Shown: positions 1-9,693, counted from the stretch's first letter. The stretch: 64,000 nucleotides of DNA from Acetobacteraceae bacterium (GCA_003506895.1 DNXO01000034.1:26569-90568), one strand, 5' to 3'. Notes: generated from the sequence alone by a model not told the origin. Made by a program: numbers and translations.

Positions 1-72
1 CCGGGCGCGTGTCCCGGCCATCATCTTGTCAAACGCCGAAGCGCGGGCGGCCGGGACAAGCCCGGCCATGAC
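1..72. repeat. REP/BIME-like pair of short palindromes
   Basis: GGCCGGG-ACAAG-CCCGGCC-ATGAC at 49-72 and an inverted, window-truncated copy at 1-22; matches the common alphaproteobacterial REP pattern GGCCGGGnnnnnCCCGGCCATGAC. Confidence 0.7.
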
Positions 73-99
73 TGGCGAGTGAAAAAGCCTCGCCAGTCA
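69..99 (-). terminator. Stem-loop just downstream of the LivJ-like gene
   Basis: Perfect 11-bp inverted repeat TGACTGGCGAG (69-79) / CTCGCCAGTCA (89-99), 5 bp past the stop at 105; no clear U-tract, so may be an mRNA-stabilising hairpin. Confidence 0.45.
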
Positions 100-104
100 C
101 CCCC

Positions 105-1334
105 TTATTGCGGCAGCTTGGTGAACGCCGGGAACACCATCTTGCCGGTCGCGACGTTCGCCGGCCAGATCGTCACCGGATTGCCGTTCTGCCACTGCAC
201 CATCAGGCCGGTGATGTAGCCCTCGCCGATCTTCATGCCATGCGCGAACGTGTTGTCCTTCGGCAGGAATTCGATGCGGCCGATGGTGCCGACATAGTCG
301 GTCTTTTCCATTGCCTCGACCATCTTGTCCGGGTCCGTACCGCCAGCCTTGCGGATCGCCTCGGCCCACATGAACACCTCGTCGTAGGACTGATAGGCGG
401 CATAGCCCGGCAGGCTGCCGTACTTTTCCTTGTAGGCCTTGGCGAACGGAATGGTCTTCGCGGTTACCGCGACATCCGGCGCCGCGACCATGTTGAAGAT
501 CACGCCATCGGCCGCGCCGTTGGTATCTTTCCAGAAGGTCGCATTGGTCGCCTGGCTGGCAATGCCGTACATCGGCATCGGCACTTGCTGCTGCTGCCAC
601 TGCACCGTCGGCTGCACACCGACATGGCTGATGCCGGTGACGATCACGTCCGGCTTCTCACCTTCGATCTTGTTGAAGATCGGGGTGAAGTCGGTGGTGT
701 CAGGCGACAGACGGATATGGTCCAGGACCTTCAGCCCGCTGGCGGGCAGGCACTTCACGTATTCCTCGTCCAGCGGGATCGTCCAGGCGGCATCCTCGCT
801 CATGATCACGGCGGTCTTCATCTTCAGGTCGTTGACCATCAGGGCCTTGCCGGCCTCGCAGACCACGTCCGAGAGCTGGGTCGATGCCAGATAGCCATGG
901 AACACGTATTTCATGTGATCGTAATCGTCATGCACGCGCTTGGTGATCTCGTTGCTGGCCGCACCCGGCGTGATCAGCGGCATCTTCAGGCGGCCGGCCC
1001 AAGGCTCCAGCGCCAGCACGACTTCCGAGATATAGGACGCGATCACGGCAGCCACCTTATCCTGCTGCGCGGCCCGCTGGAATGCGCGCACCGCATCGGC
1101 GGCGGAGCTATGGTCGTCGTAATCGACGATCTCAATCATGCGGCCGTTGACGCCGCCTTTCGCGTTGATTTCCTCGGCGGCCATCTTGGCGGCATTCGGA
1201 ATGCCGACGCCACTGATGGCCGAGGTTTCGGCGATGACACCGATCTTGATCGGATCCGCCGCCCGGGCGGCCGGAGCCGCGAATGCCAGTCCGAATGCGG
1301 CGCTAGCGATGCCAATCTTATGCGTAATCCGCAT
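105..1334 (-). CDS. Branched-chain amino acid type ABC transporter substrate-binding protein (LivJ/LivK-like)
   Basis: Signal peptide ending APAARA, then DPIKIGVIAE...EINAKGG; type I periplasmic binding fold pattern; start moved to ATG 1334 because of GAGGAAA RBS. Confidence 0.9.
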   Translation of the reverse strand: MRITHKIGIASAAFGLAFAAPAARAADPIKIGVIAETSAISGVGIPNAAKMAAEEINAKGGVNGRMIEIVDYDDHSSAADAVRAFQRAAQQDKVAAVIASYISEVVLALEPWAGRLKMPLITPGAASNEITKRVHDDYDHMKYVFHGYLASTQLSDVVCEAGKALMVNDLKMKTAVIMSEDAAWTIPLDEEYVKCLPASGLKVLDHIRLSPDTTDFTPIFNKIEGEKPDVIVTGISHVGVQPTVQWQQQQVPMPMYGIASQATNATFWKDTNGAADGVIFNMVAAPDVAVTAKTIPFAKAYKEKYGSLPGYAAYQSYDEVFMWAEAIRKAGGTDPDKMVEAMEKTDYVGTIGRIEFLPKDNTFAHGMKIGEGYITGLMVQWQNGNPVTIWPANVATGKMVFPAFTKLPQ

Positions 1335-1511
1335 GGTCCGTTTCCTCATGTGTCCCTACGACTGCCGCGACGTTTTCACGGCGATCGTTAAATGCTTGAT
1401 CGGCTTCGACAACGCAACCCGATTTGTTGCCAAAATCGCCGTCGCGGTCTGGTTGGCTGCGTCATTCTCGCAATGTTTCGCCGCCCGTCATGACAAATGC
1501 CAATAAGCCGC

Positions 1512-1991
1512 CTAACGGGACGCCTTTGAAAGCGGCAACCGGACCGTTTCCTTCAGCCGGTCCAGCACGATGGAGGACCGCACGCGCCCCACCGTATCGT
1601 GCGCGAGCAAAACGTCATTGACCAGAATCGACAGATCTTTCAGATCGCGAACGACGATTTTCAGCAGATAATCGGCGTCGCCCGTCAGGGCGTAGGCCTC
1701 CTGCACCTCATCAACGCCGGCGACCAGATCGCGGAACGCTCGGGCATTGTCGCGGCTGTGCGTGGCCAGCGTCACGTTAACGAACACCAACAACCCAAAT
1801 CCCAGCGCCTCGGCCGCCAGATCGGCCCGATAGCCGCGGATCAGGCCCGAAGCCTCCAGTGCCGACCGCCGGCGGGAGCATTGTGAGGGTGATAAACCGA
1901 TCCGCTCCCCGACCTCCTGGTTGGTCAGGCGGCCATTGTCCTGAAGCGCGGCCAGCAGCCGCAGATCGAAACTGTCGAGGATTTCTTGCAT
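1512..1991 (-). CDS. Lrp/AsnC family transcriptional regulator, divergent from hppD
   Basis: LDSFDLRLLAALQDNGRLTNQEVGERIGLSPSQCSRRR HTH and TGDADYLLKIV RAM-domain motif; real start is MQEILD at 1991, not the long track ORF. Confidence 0.92.
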   Translation of the reverse strand: MQEILDSFDLRLLAALQDNGRLTNQEVGERIGLSPSQCSRRRSALEASGLIRGYRADLAAEALGFGLLVFVNVTLATHSRDNARAFRDLVAGVDEVQEAYALTGDADYLLKIVVRDLKDLSILVNDVLLAHDTVGRVRSSIVLDRLKETVRLPLSKASR

Positions 1992-2018
1992 GATTTGTCC
2001 AATAATTGCATGATTTGT
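1986..2018. promoter_or_regulatory. 13-bp direct repeat in the Lrp/hppD divergent promoter
   Basis: TTGCATGATTTGT at 1986-1998 and 2006-2018 (20-bp period), first copy overlaps the regulator start codon. Confidence 0.5.
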
Positions 2019-2109
2019 GCCTTTCATAGCGGATTTTGTCGCAAAATGCACAGCAATTGCCGACGTTTTGAGTGACCATGCGGGCTTCCGAAAAGGGAGA
2101 TCACACCGC

Positions 2110-3213
2110 ATGGGCCCATTCCCCCACGACGCGCCGCCCGCTCGGATTACACCCGACAACCCGGCCGGTACCGACGGCTTCGGCTTCGTCGAATTCGCCC
2201 ACCCCAATCCGGCCGAACTGCATGCGCTGTTCCAGATGATGGGCTTCACCGCCGTCGCGACGCATCGCACCAAGGCAATCACCCTCTACCGGCAGGGCGA
2301 TGTGGATTACCTGGTGAACGAGGAACCCGGCAGCCATGCCGCCCGGTTCGCCCAGAGCCATGGCCCCTGCGCGCCGTCGATGGCGTTCCGCGTGGTTGAC
2401 GCCAAACAGGCGTTCCAACGGGCGGTGGCCATGGGCGAGGAACCCGCGCGCGAAGGTCTGGCGATGGATATCCCGGCGATAAAGGGCATCGGCGGGTCAC
2501 TGCTGTATTTCGTCGATCGGTATGGCGACAAGGGCTCCGTTTACGACGCGGACTTTACCTGGATGGGTTCGCGCGATCCCAAGCCCGAGGGCCAGGGGCT
2601 TTATTACCTCGATCACCTGACCCACAACGTCGGGCGCGGCCGGATGAATGTCTGGGCCGGGTTTTATGAGCGTATCTTCAACTTCAAGGAAATCCGCTAC
2701 TTCGACATCAAGGGCGAATACACCGGACTGTTCTCGCGCGCGTTGACCAGCCCTGACGGCAAGATCCGCATCCCGATCAACGAATCCGCCGACGACAACA
2801 GCCAGATCGAGGAATACCTGCACGCCTATAAAGGTGAGGGCATTCAGCACCTCGCCTGCGGCTGCCGTGATGTTTACGCGACGGTGGAAGCGCTGCGCGA
2901 CCGCGGTCTTCGCTTCATGCCGGCGCCCCCCGAAACCTATTACGAACGGGTGGGCGAGCGGATCCCTGGCCATGGCGAGGACCTCGGCCGGCTGCGGCGT
3001 GGCGGGCTGCTGCTGGATGGTTCGGCGGACAGTCAGGGCACGAAGGTGTTGCTGCAGGTGTTCTCGGCCACGGTGATCGGGCCGATCTTCTTCGAATTCA
3101 TCCAGCGCAAGGGCGACGAGGGCTTCGGCCACGGCAACTTCCGAGCGCTGTTTCTGTCGATCGAAGAGGATCAGGTTCGGCGAGGGGTGCTGGCGCCGAT
3201 CGCCGCGAAGTAG
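2110..3213 (+). CDS. hppD: 4-hydroxyphenylpyruvate dioxygenase
   Basis: [51 protein letters not shown] Fe-ligand motifs. Confidence 0.97.
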   Translation: MGPFPHDAPPARITPDNPAGTDGFGFVEFAHPNPAELHALFQMMGFTAVATHRTKAITLYRQGDVDYLVNEEPGSHAARFAQSHGPCAPSMAFRVVDAKQAFQRAVAMGEEPAREGLAMDIPAIKGIGGSLLYFVDRYGDKGSVYDADFTWMGSRDPKPEGQGLYYLDHLTHNVGRGRMNVWAGFYERIFNFKEIRYFDIKGEYTGLFSRALTSPDGKIRIPINESADDNSQIEEYLHAYKGEGIQHLACGCRDVYATVEALRDRGLRFMPAPPETYYERVGERIPGHGEDLGRLRRGGLLLDGSADSQGTKVLLQVFSATVIGPIFFEFIQRKGDEGFGHGNFRALFLSIEEDQVRRGVLAPIAAK

Positions 3214-3260
3214 TTTTATCCCGGCATGAAGGCACGATGAAGAAAGGGGGGAAGCAAACA

Positions 3261-4583
3261 ATGAACGACATCGCCGCGATCTCGGTCGCCACCACCGGCT
3301 ATCAGTCGGGGTTCGGCAACGGCTTCGAAACCGAGGCGCTGCCCGGCGCGCTTCCGGTCGGCCGCAATTCTCCGCAGCGCTGCGCCTATGGCCTGTATGC
3401 GGAGCAGATCAGCGGCTCCCCGTTCACCGCCCCGCGCGCGAGCAATCAGCGGAGCTGGCTATATCGCATCCGGCCCACCGTCGCGCATTGGGGCACGTTT
3501 CGTCCGGTCGATGCCGGGTTGTGGCGCACAGCCCCCGCCACCGACACCCCGACGGCCCCTGCCCCGATGCGCTGGGATCCGATTCCGGTGCCGGACGAGG
3601 CAGTGACTTTCCCGGGCGGCGTTCGGACCATCACCACGGCGGGCGATGCTGGCACCCAGGCCGGAATGGCGACCCATATCTATGTCGCCACCCGGTCGAT
3701 GGTGGACGAATACTTCTATAATGCCGACGGCGAGATGATGTTCGTCCCGCAGCAAGGCACCATCCGCCTGCTTACGGAGCTTGGGGTCATTGACGCCGGC
3801 CCGGGTGAGGTCGCGGTTATTCCGCGCGGCATCAAATTCAGCGTCGAACTGCCCGGTGGGCCGGTGCGCGGTTACCTCTGCGAAAACTATGGCGGCGCAT
3901 TCACCCTGCCGGAACGCGGACCGATCGGCGCCAACTGCCTGGCGAATCCGCGCGACTTCCTGACGCCAGTCGCCGCTTACCAGGATCGCGACGCGCCCTC
4001 CCGGCTGGTCGTGAAGTGGGGCGGGGCGATGTGGGAGACCGATATCGATCACTCACCGCTGGACGTCGTGGCGTGGCACGGCAACTACGCGCCGTATAAG
4101 TACGATCTGCGCCGCTTTTCCCCGGTTGGGCCCGTGGGGTTCGATCATGCCGATCCGTCGATCTTCACGACCTTGACCTCGCCTAGCGAGACGCCCGGCA
4201 CGGCGAACATCGACTTCGTTATTTTCCCGGAGCGCTGGATGGTCGCGGAGAATACCTTCCGGCCGCCTTGGTACCACATGAACATCATGAGCGAGTTCAT
4301 GGGACTGATTTTCGGCGTCTATGATGGCAAGACCGGGGGCGGGTTCGTGCCGGGCGGCTTCTCGCTGCATAACACGATGCTGCCGCATGGGCCGGACCGG
4401 GATGCATTTGAAGGTGCAAGTGCCGCGGATCTGAAGCCGCACAAGCTGGAGGGTACTCTGGCGTTCATGTTCGAGACTCGGTTTCCGCAGCGGGTGACCG
4501 AGTATGCGGCTGGGTTGGTACAGCCTGCTTACGGCACTTATGGCCGGGCTTTGCTGAAGCGGTTCGATCCATCCCGGCGATAG
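3261..4583 (+). CDS. hmgA: Homogentisate 1,2-dioxygenase
   Basis: [54 protein letters not shown]; follows hppD. Confidence 0.97.
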   Translation: MNDIAAISVATTGYQSGFGNGFETEALPGALPVGRNSPQRCAYGLYAEQISGSPFTAPRASNQRSWLYRIRPTVAHWGTFRPVDAGLWRTAPATDTPTAPAPMRWDPIPVPDEAVTFPGGVRTITTAGDAGTQAGMATHIYVATRSMVDEYFYNADGEMMFVPQQGTIRLLTELGVIDAGPGEVAVIPRGIKFSVELPGGPVRGYLCENYGGAFTLPERGPIGANCLANPRDFLTPVAAYQDRDAPSRLVVKWGGAMWETDIDHSPLDVVAWHGNYAPYKYDLRRFSPVGPVGFDHADPSIFTTLTSPSETPGTANIDFVIFPERWMVAENTFRPPWYHMNIMSEFMGLIFGVYDGKTGGGFVPGGFSLHNTMLPHGPDRDAFEGASAADLKPHKLEGTLAFMFETRFPQRVTEYAAGLVQPAYGTYGRALLKRFDPSRR

Positions 4584-4604
4584 GGGGCGTTTAGCACGCG
4601 ATTT

Positions 4605-4744
4605 GCGGACACGAAGTTTCACTGAGTATTCCACGAAGTTTCACGAAGGTAGAGTTTTGCGGTTCGCGTGGGTTCCGGTCTCGACCGGACGGGGGTAACG
4701 CTTCGTGAAACTTCGTGGGATACTTCGTGAGTCTTCGTGTCCGC
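4605..4744. repeat. 140-bp palindromic element with 44-bp arms built of ACGAAG units (MITE/REP-like)
   Basis: Arms 4605-4648 and 4701-4744 match at 39/44 positions as inverted repeats; 52-bp loop holds a second hairpin CCGGTC-TC-GACCGG. Confidence 0.85.
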
Positions 4745-4783
4745 TTCCCCTTTCGTCCCCCAAGCCCAAGCCGAGAAACAAGA

Positions 4784-5968
4784 ATGACAACAAACCTCAC
4801 CCGACGCGCCGCCATGACAGGTGCGGCACTAGCCCTGACCGCACCGGCCCGAGCGGCCAACGCCGTTCGCATCGGGGTCCTGACAGACGAAAACGGGCCT
4901 TACGCCGACGCTGGCGGCGCGGGGTCCGTTCTCGCCGCCCGCATGGCAGCTCAGGACTTCGGCGGTTCCGTCCTCGGCCGGACAATCGAGATCGTCCACG
5001 GCGACACCCAGAACAAGCCCGACATCGCCAGTTCCATCGCCCGGGGATGGTACGACACCGGTGTCGATGCAATCATCGACCTTCCCGTGACCCCGATCGC
5101 CGCCGCCGTGCAGCAGGTCGCGAAAGAAAAGAACCGCACGGTCATGATCACCGGCGCGGCGATCACCGAGTTCACCTCGAAGCTATGCTCACCCACCAGC
5201 AGCCACTGGGCCGACGACACCCACGCCCTGACCACCGGCGTCGCGCGTCTCATGAGCGGACCGAAGAGCCGGACCTGGTTCTTCATCACGGTCAATTTCA
5301 GCTTCGGCGAAGCACTGGAATCCATGACCGCCAAGGCGATCGAGGAAAGCGGCGGAAAAGTCGTGGGCGATGCGAAATTCCCAATCGCAAGCACGGAATT
5401 TTCGTCACAGATCCTGGCGGCACAAAGCTCCGGCGCGTCGATTATCGGGCTTGCGGCGGTGGGCAACGATCAGGTCAACCTGATCAAGCAGGCGGCCGAA
5501 TTCGGCCTGCGCAAGAACGGCTTACAGTTGGCGGGATTCCTGGTCTATATCACCGACATTCACGCCCTGGGCCTGGCGGTCGCACAGGGTTTGAGCTTCC
5601 CGGCCAGTTTCTACTGGGATCAGAACGAGGCAAGCCGAGGGTTCGCGAAACGGTTCATGGCGGAGCATAAGACGGCGCCGACCAAGCAACAGGCGCTGAA
5701 CTACGCCTCCAGCCTGCATTTCCTGAAAGCGATGGCACAGGCTGGGACAGACGATCCGATCGCGGTCAACAAAGCGATGCGGGCGCTGCCAGTCTCGTAT
5801 TTTGGCCGCCCGGCCACGCTGCGCGCCGATGGGCGGCTGCTGACCGATGTGACGTTGTATCGTGTGAAACAACCCAGCGAGAGTCACGGTCCGTGGGACT
5901 ACTATACGGATGTCGGGACTCTGCCGGCGGCAGACGCCTTCTTGCCGATGAACCCCGCCTGCGCCTGA
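4784..5968 (+). CDS. LivJ-like ABC substrate-binding protein (Tat-type leader)
   Basis: LTRRAAM twin-arginine leader, VRIGVLTD..GPYAD..G.GSV.AA.MA..DFGG pattern. Confidence 0.88.
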   Translation: MTTNLTRRAAMTGAALALTAPARAANAVRIGVLTDENGPYADAGGAGSVLAARMAAQDFGGSVLGRTIEIVHGDTQNKPDIASSIARGWYDTGVDAIIDLPVTPIAAAVQQVAKEKNRTVMITGAAITEFTSKLCSPTSSHWADDTHALTTGVARLMSGPKSRTWFFITVNFSFGEALESMTAKAIEESGGKVVGDAKFPIASTEFSSQILAAQSSGASIIGLAAVGNDQVNLIKQAAEFGLRKNGLQLAGFLVYITDIHALGLAVAQGLSFPASFYWDQNEASRGFAKRFMAEHKTAPTKQQALNYASSLHFLKAMAQAGTDDPIAVNKAMRALPVSYFGRPATLRADGRLLTDVTLYRVKQPSESHGPWDYYTDVGTLPAADAFLPMNPACA

Positions 5969-6492
5969 CATAAGGGCCGATCCGGTGTCTATTCGGGTGG
6001 ACGAGACCCATACCGTCTCGGGCATTCTACAGACACCGGACCGGCGCGGGGATGGAGCATCCTTTCATGCCCAGCGTCGCGGTGGCACTGGCCGACATGG
6101 CAAGGACATGCAGGGTGCGGCAGCGTGGTTGGATGGGGACTAATCCGCCGCCTGCCCCACCGCTTCCGTCGTTATCGGGTCCGGATCATTACTGATCGCG
6201 TCGCTGAACGGCACGGAATCGTCACCGGGGTTGACCGCCATCTCCGCCACCGTGAACTCCACCGCCGCGACGATATGAGCCAGGTTCACTGTCGCAACCG
6301 AAGCGCCCGGCACCGGCGCACCCGGGAAATGCTTCGAGCGCCACGCCATATCAGCGCCCTCGGGCACGCCTGTAAGATCCAGCAACACGTCGAGAAGGAT
6401 AACCCCCGTCTCCTACTTGCCGCGGGCGGGTTATCCGCGCGGGTATCTGCTAGCATCGGAGCTGTATTTTGCCCTGCGGGTGTGTAAACGCC

Positions 6493-8310
6493 TTAGCCCG
6501 CCCCATGCACCATGACGAACGCGCTGCCCGGAAGTCCGGGTAGGTCTGCCGTATGGCCGTAAGTCACGCTCAACCTTCCATTGTTAAGGTCCGCGCTGCT
6601 GTAACCCGCAAGTACGAAGCTAACCTCGGGCCGCCCCGGTGCGCTGAACACCAGATCGAGCCCCTTCGCCCCCACGGCCCCCTGATCGTCGAAGGCATGC
6701 ATCGTGTAAACCGACGGCTCGATGCCCCAGACCACCGCATCGTCGAACGAGTGGAATGCGACGATCGTCGAGAAAGTCGGTGCCGAGGTAAATCGCGCGT
6801 CCATGAAGAACACATCCTGCCCGCTTCCGCCGGTCATGAATGAAGACGCCGTTCCGCCATCCAGCACATTGCTGCCGCCGGCCGAACTCACATCGATACT
6901 GTTCATGCCCGATCCCGCAACAATGAACGAATTCGGCACCGAGGAAGAGATGTTTAGATTGTCCTGTGTGATCTCGATGAACTGACGCTGCAGGCCGGGG
7001 CACGGTCCTTGGTAGCTATCCCCGGTCGAGTAGCCGTTCGTCCGCGTCGTCATATCATCCAGACCATATCCCGCTGTTGACAGCGATTTCCCGGTAATGG
7101 ATGGCGTCAGCAACACTGTTCCAATGGCGCTTGCTGACGCATGAAGCTCCGGCACCCCGCTAACCATCAGGTCCGCGTACATTGTTCCGTCGCCGTAGAG
7201 AAACAACTCCTCGCTCGTCGCCCCGGTGCGCACGAACATCTCGTCTGACGCGGCCGGGGAGCCAAGCATCACCGAACTCTTCGCATCGAAAACTATCGAA
7301 GCGTGTAGAATCTTGTGAAGAAGCGGTCTCCGGATTACCAGGTTTGCCGAATGAAGTTGAATCGTCTCAGTCGTAGCAAAGTCGCCTACGTCAAACACGC
7401 TCCCGTCCCCGGTGACTGAGATAACGCCACTGCCTATCACCGCACCGAAAGTAAGCGTCGAAGCAGAAACGGTCATCGTCCCGTTGTTTTCCAGCACTCC
7501 CGGCGGCAGACTGCCCGTCCCCAGCAACCCGAAACTGATCGACGATCCCGCCGCCAGGTCGCTGGCGCCATTGACAACCAATGGACCGCTGCCCGCAGCA
7601 ATCTCACTCAGATGCAATGCGCTATCGGTCAGAAAGATGCTTTCCACAGAGATCGAATTCACGAGAAGGGGCGTCGTGATCGACGCGGCGCCCCCATTGA
7701 CCGCGATGATTCTGCCGACCTGCACCGGATCCGCGATCCCTCCATAATCGGGCGGGCCGACGATCTCGAAACTCGCTCCATTTAAGGGATTCACGCTCGT
7801 CCCGCCCGGCCCGTCCGGGCTGGTCCAGGCATCGCTCGGCACAGCCTTGGTCCACCAAAGGCCACTCGTGTTCTCCTGCCAGACCTGCCCTTGGACGATT
7901 GCGAGTTCCCTCACATTTCTTGTCGTCGGATCGACCACGCCCTCCGCGGCCACCTGTCCACCGATAACATTCCAAGAGACCCCCCGGGCATCCTGGACCA
8001 CGCTAGAGTTTCCTCTCGCATCCACCCCCGCGATCAAGTTGTTCGACACCGGCAGCGGCGGAGCAACAAGCGTGCCCTCCGATGGAGACCAAGGATCGGA
8101 GGGACTGGCCTTGGACCACCAAAGCAACGACGAATTCTCTTGCCAGATCAGTCCATCGACATAGGCCAGTTCGATCACGCCGCTGGTGGTCTGGTCCGGC
8201 ACGCTGTTCACATAGACCCGGCCACCGGCAATCCCCCACAGGTTTCCTGAGGCATCCGCGATCACACCGCCCGGGTTGGCCCGGACTACCGTCCCGCTCG
8301 CAGATACCAT
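6493..8310 (-). CDS. Secreted-type protein: two Trp-rich N-terminal repeats, beta-rich middle, conserved C-terminal domain with an RTX-like nonapeptide
   Basis: 605-aa ORF with GAGGGG RBS; repeats WQENSSLLWWSK / WQENTSGLWWTK; C-terminal 171 aa align without gaps to the protein at 59159-61018. Confidence 0.8.
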   Translation of the reverse strand: MVSASGTVVRANPGGVIADASGNLWGIAGGRVYVNSVPDQTTSGVIELAYVDGLIWQENSSLLWWSKASPSDPWSPSEGTLVAPPLPVSNNLIAGVDARGNSSVVQDARGVSWNVIGGQVAAEGVVDPTTRNVRELAIVQGQVWQENTSGLWWTKAVPSDAWTSPDGPGGTSVNPLNGASFEIVGPPDYGGIADPVQVGRIIAVNGGAASITTPLLVNSISVESIFLTDSALHLSEIAAGSGPLVVNGASDLAAGSSISFGLLGTGSLPPGVLENNGTMTVSASTLTFGAVIGSGVISVTGDGSVFDVGDFATTETIQLHSANLVIRRPLLHKILHASIVFDAKSSVMLGSPAASDEMFVRTGATSEELFLYGDGTMYADLMVSGVPELHASASAIGTVLLTPSITGKSLSTAGYGLDDMTTRTNGYSTGDSYQGPCPGLQRQFIEITQDNLNISSSVPNSFIVAGSGMNSIDVSSAGGSNVLDGGTASSFMTGGSGQDVFFMDARFTSAPTFSTIVAFHSFDDAVVWGIEPSVYTMHAFDDQGAVGAKGLDLVFSAPGRPEVSFVLAGYSSADLNNGRLSVTYGHTADLPGLPGSAFVMVHGAG

Positions 8311-8444
8311 AAAGCCCCCTCGACTATGCCGAAGTCAGGCTAACGGCAATTCCCCTCTCTGACTCATCACTTGAAAGCGACGATTCCGGCGACAAAAGGT
8401 CACATTGCCGTATAGGATACCATGTTTGTTGCCCTATCGGCCCG

Positions 8445-9674
8445 CTAAACCGCCCCGTCCGCCCGCAGCGCCTCCACGGCCTGGGCATTCAACCCCAGCC
8501 ATTCGCCCAGAACCGCCCCGGTATGCTCCCCCAGCACCGGCGAGGACGTCAGCATTGGCGGCTTCCCATCCACCCGCACCGGCCATCCCGGCATCTTGAA
8601 GTCGCGATGCACCGGATGCTTCATCACCTGCATGATCCCGCGCTGCTCGAAGCTGGCGTCGTTCTGTAGTTCCATCGTGTCCAGCACCGCACCCGCCGGA
8701 ATGCCCGCCTCCCCCACCGCGCGCATCGCATCGTGCTTGCTGTGGGTCCGTGTCCAGGCGGCGATGACCTCGTCCACCTCCGCCTCGCGCTGAACCCGGT
8801 CCATCGGCGTCAGGTAACGCGCATCACCGATCAGATCCTCCCGTCCCACGACCTTCAGCAACCGATCCCAATGCTCCGGATTCGCTCGGCTTGTCATGAT
8901 GTAAACGTAATCGTTGGGGCCGCCCGGAGCACAAGGATACAACCCCATCGGAGCGTTGTTGATCCCCACCACCTTGCTGCCACCCCGCTGCGCTGCTTTC
9001 CCGGTCAGGCCCTGGGTGGCAAAGTTGATGCGCATGTAATGCATGATCGCGTCCTGCATCGCCACTTGCAGCCGATGGCCCTCGCCGGTTTCCCGCCGCT
9101 TGTACAACGCGGCCAGGATGGTGATCGCCATCGTCATGCCGGTTCCGGTGTCGCCCAGCGAAATCCCCGGGCGCGTCGGGGGACCGTCCGGCTCCCCGGT
9201 TACGCTGAAGGTGCCGCCGCAGGCTTGGGCGATCATGTCGAAGGCGAGATTCTTCTCGTACGGGCTGCCTTCGCCGAAACCCTTGATCTGGGCATAGATG
9301 ATGCCAGGGTTCAGCTCCCGAACCACGTCGTAACCAAGCCCCAGCCGCTCGATCGCGCCGGGCGCGAAGTTCTCGATACACACGTCGGCCTGACGCAGCA
9401 TGTCCTTCACCAGCGCCAACCCCTTCGGCGACTTCAGGTTGACGGTCATGGAGCGTTTGTTGGCGTTGAAAACATGGAAGTAATACGGGTCGGTGTCCGG
9501 CTGGCCCGGCCGCAGCCGCCTTCCCGGATCGCCCATTTTCGGATTCTCGATCTTGACCACATCGGCACCCAGCCAGGCCAATGCCTCCGTACAGGATGGT
9601 CCGGCTTCGAACTGACTCAGATCGACGATTTTCACGCCGGACAGAAATTGGACGGGAGCAACAGCATCGTTCAT
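8445..9674 (-). CDS. Family III CoA-transferase (CaiB/BaiF, formyl-CoA transferase-like)
   Basis: LSGVKIVDLSQFEAGPSCTEALAWLGADVVKIE, NANKRS, catalytic-Asp region GDTGTG. Confidence 0.92.
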   Translation of the reverse strand: MNDAVAPVQFLSGVKIVDLSQFEAGPSCTEALAWLGADVVKIENPKMGDPGRRLRPGQPDTDPYYFHVFNANKRSMTVNLKSPKGLALVKDMLRQADVCIENFAPGAIERLGLGYDVVRELNPGIIYAQIKGFGEGSPYEKNLAFDMIAQACGGTFSVTGEPDGPPTRPGISLGDTGTGMTMAITILAALYKRRETGEGHRLQVAMQDAIMHYMRINFATQGLTGKAAQRGGSKVVGINNAPMGLYPCAPGGPNDYVYIMTSRANPEHWDRLLKVVGREDLIGDARYLTPMDRVQREAEVDEVIAAWTRTHSKHDAMRAVGEAGIPAGAVLDTMELQNDASFEQRGIMQVMKHPVHRDFKMPGWPVRVDGKPPMLTSSPVLGEHTGAVLGEWLGLNAQAVEALRADGAV

Positions 9675-9693
9675 GGCGTCTCCTATGGGGCGG

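Noticed and set aside
5981-6388. Nested hairpin at 5981-6040 and 82-aa ORF at 6140-6388 (-)
   Set aside because: The hairpin is adequately explained as a terminator-like structure after the LivJ-like gene; the ORF has a weak GTG start and no motif, so it is unsupported though not excluded
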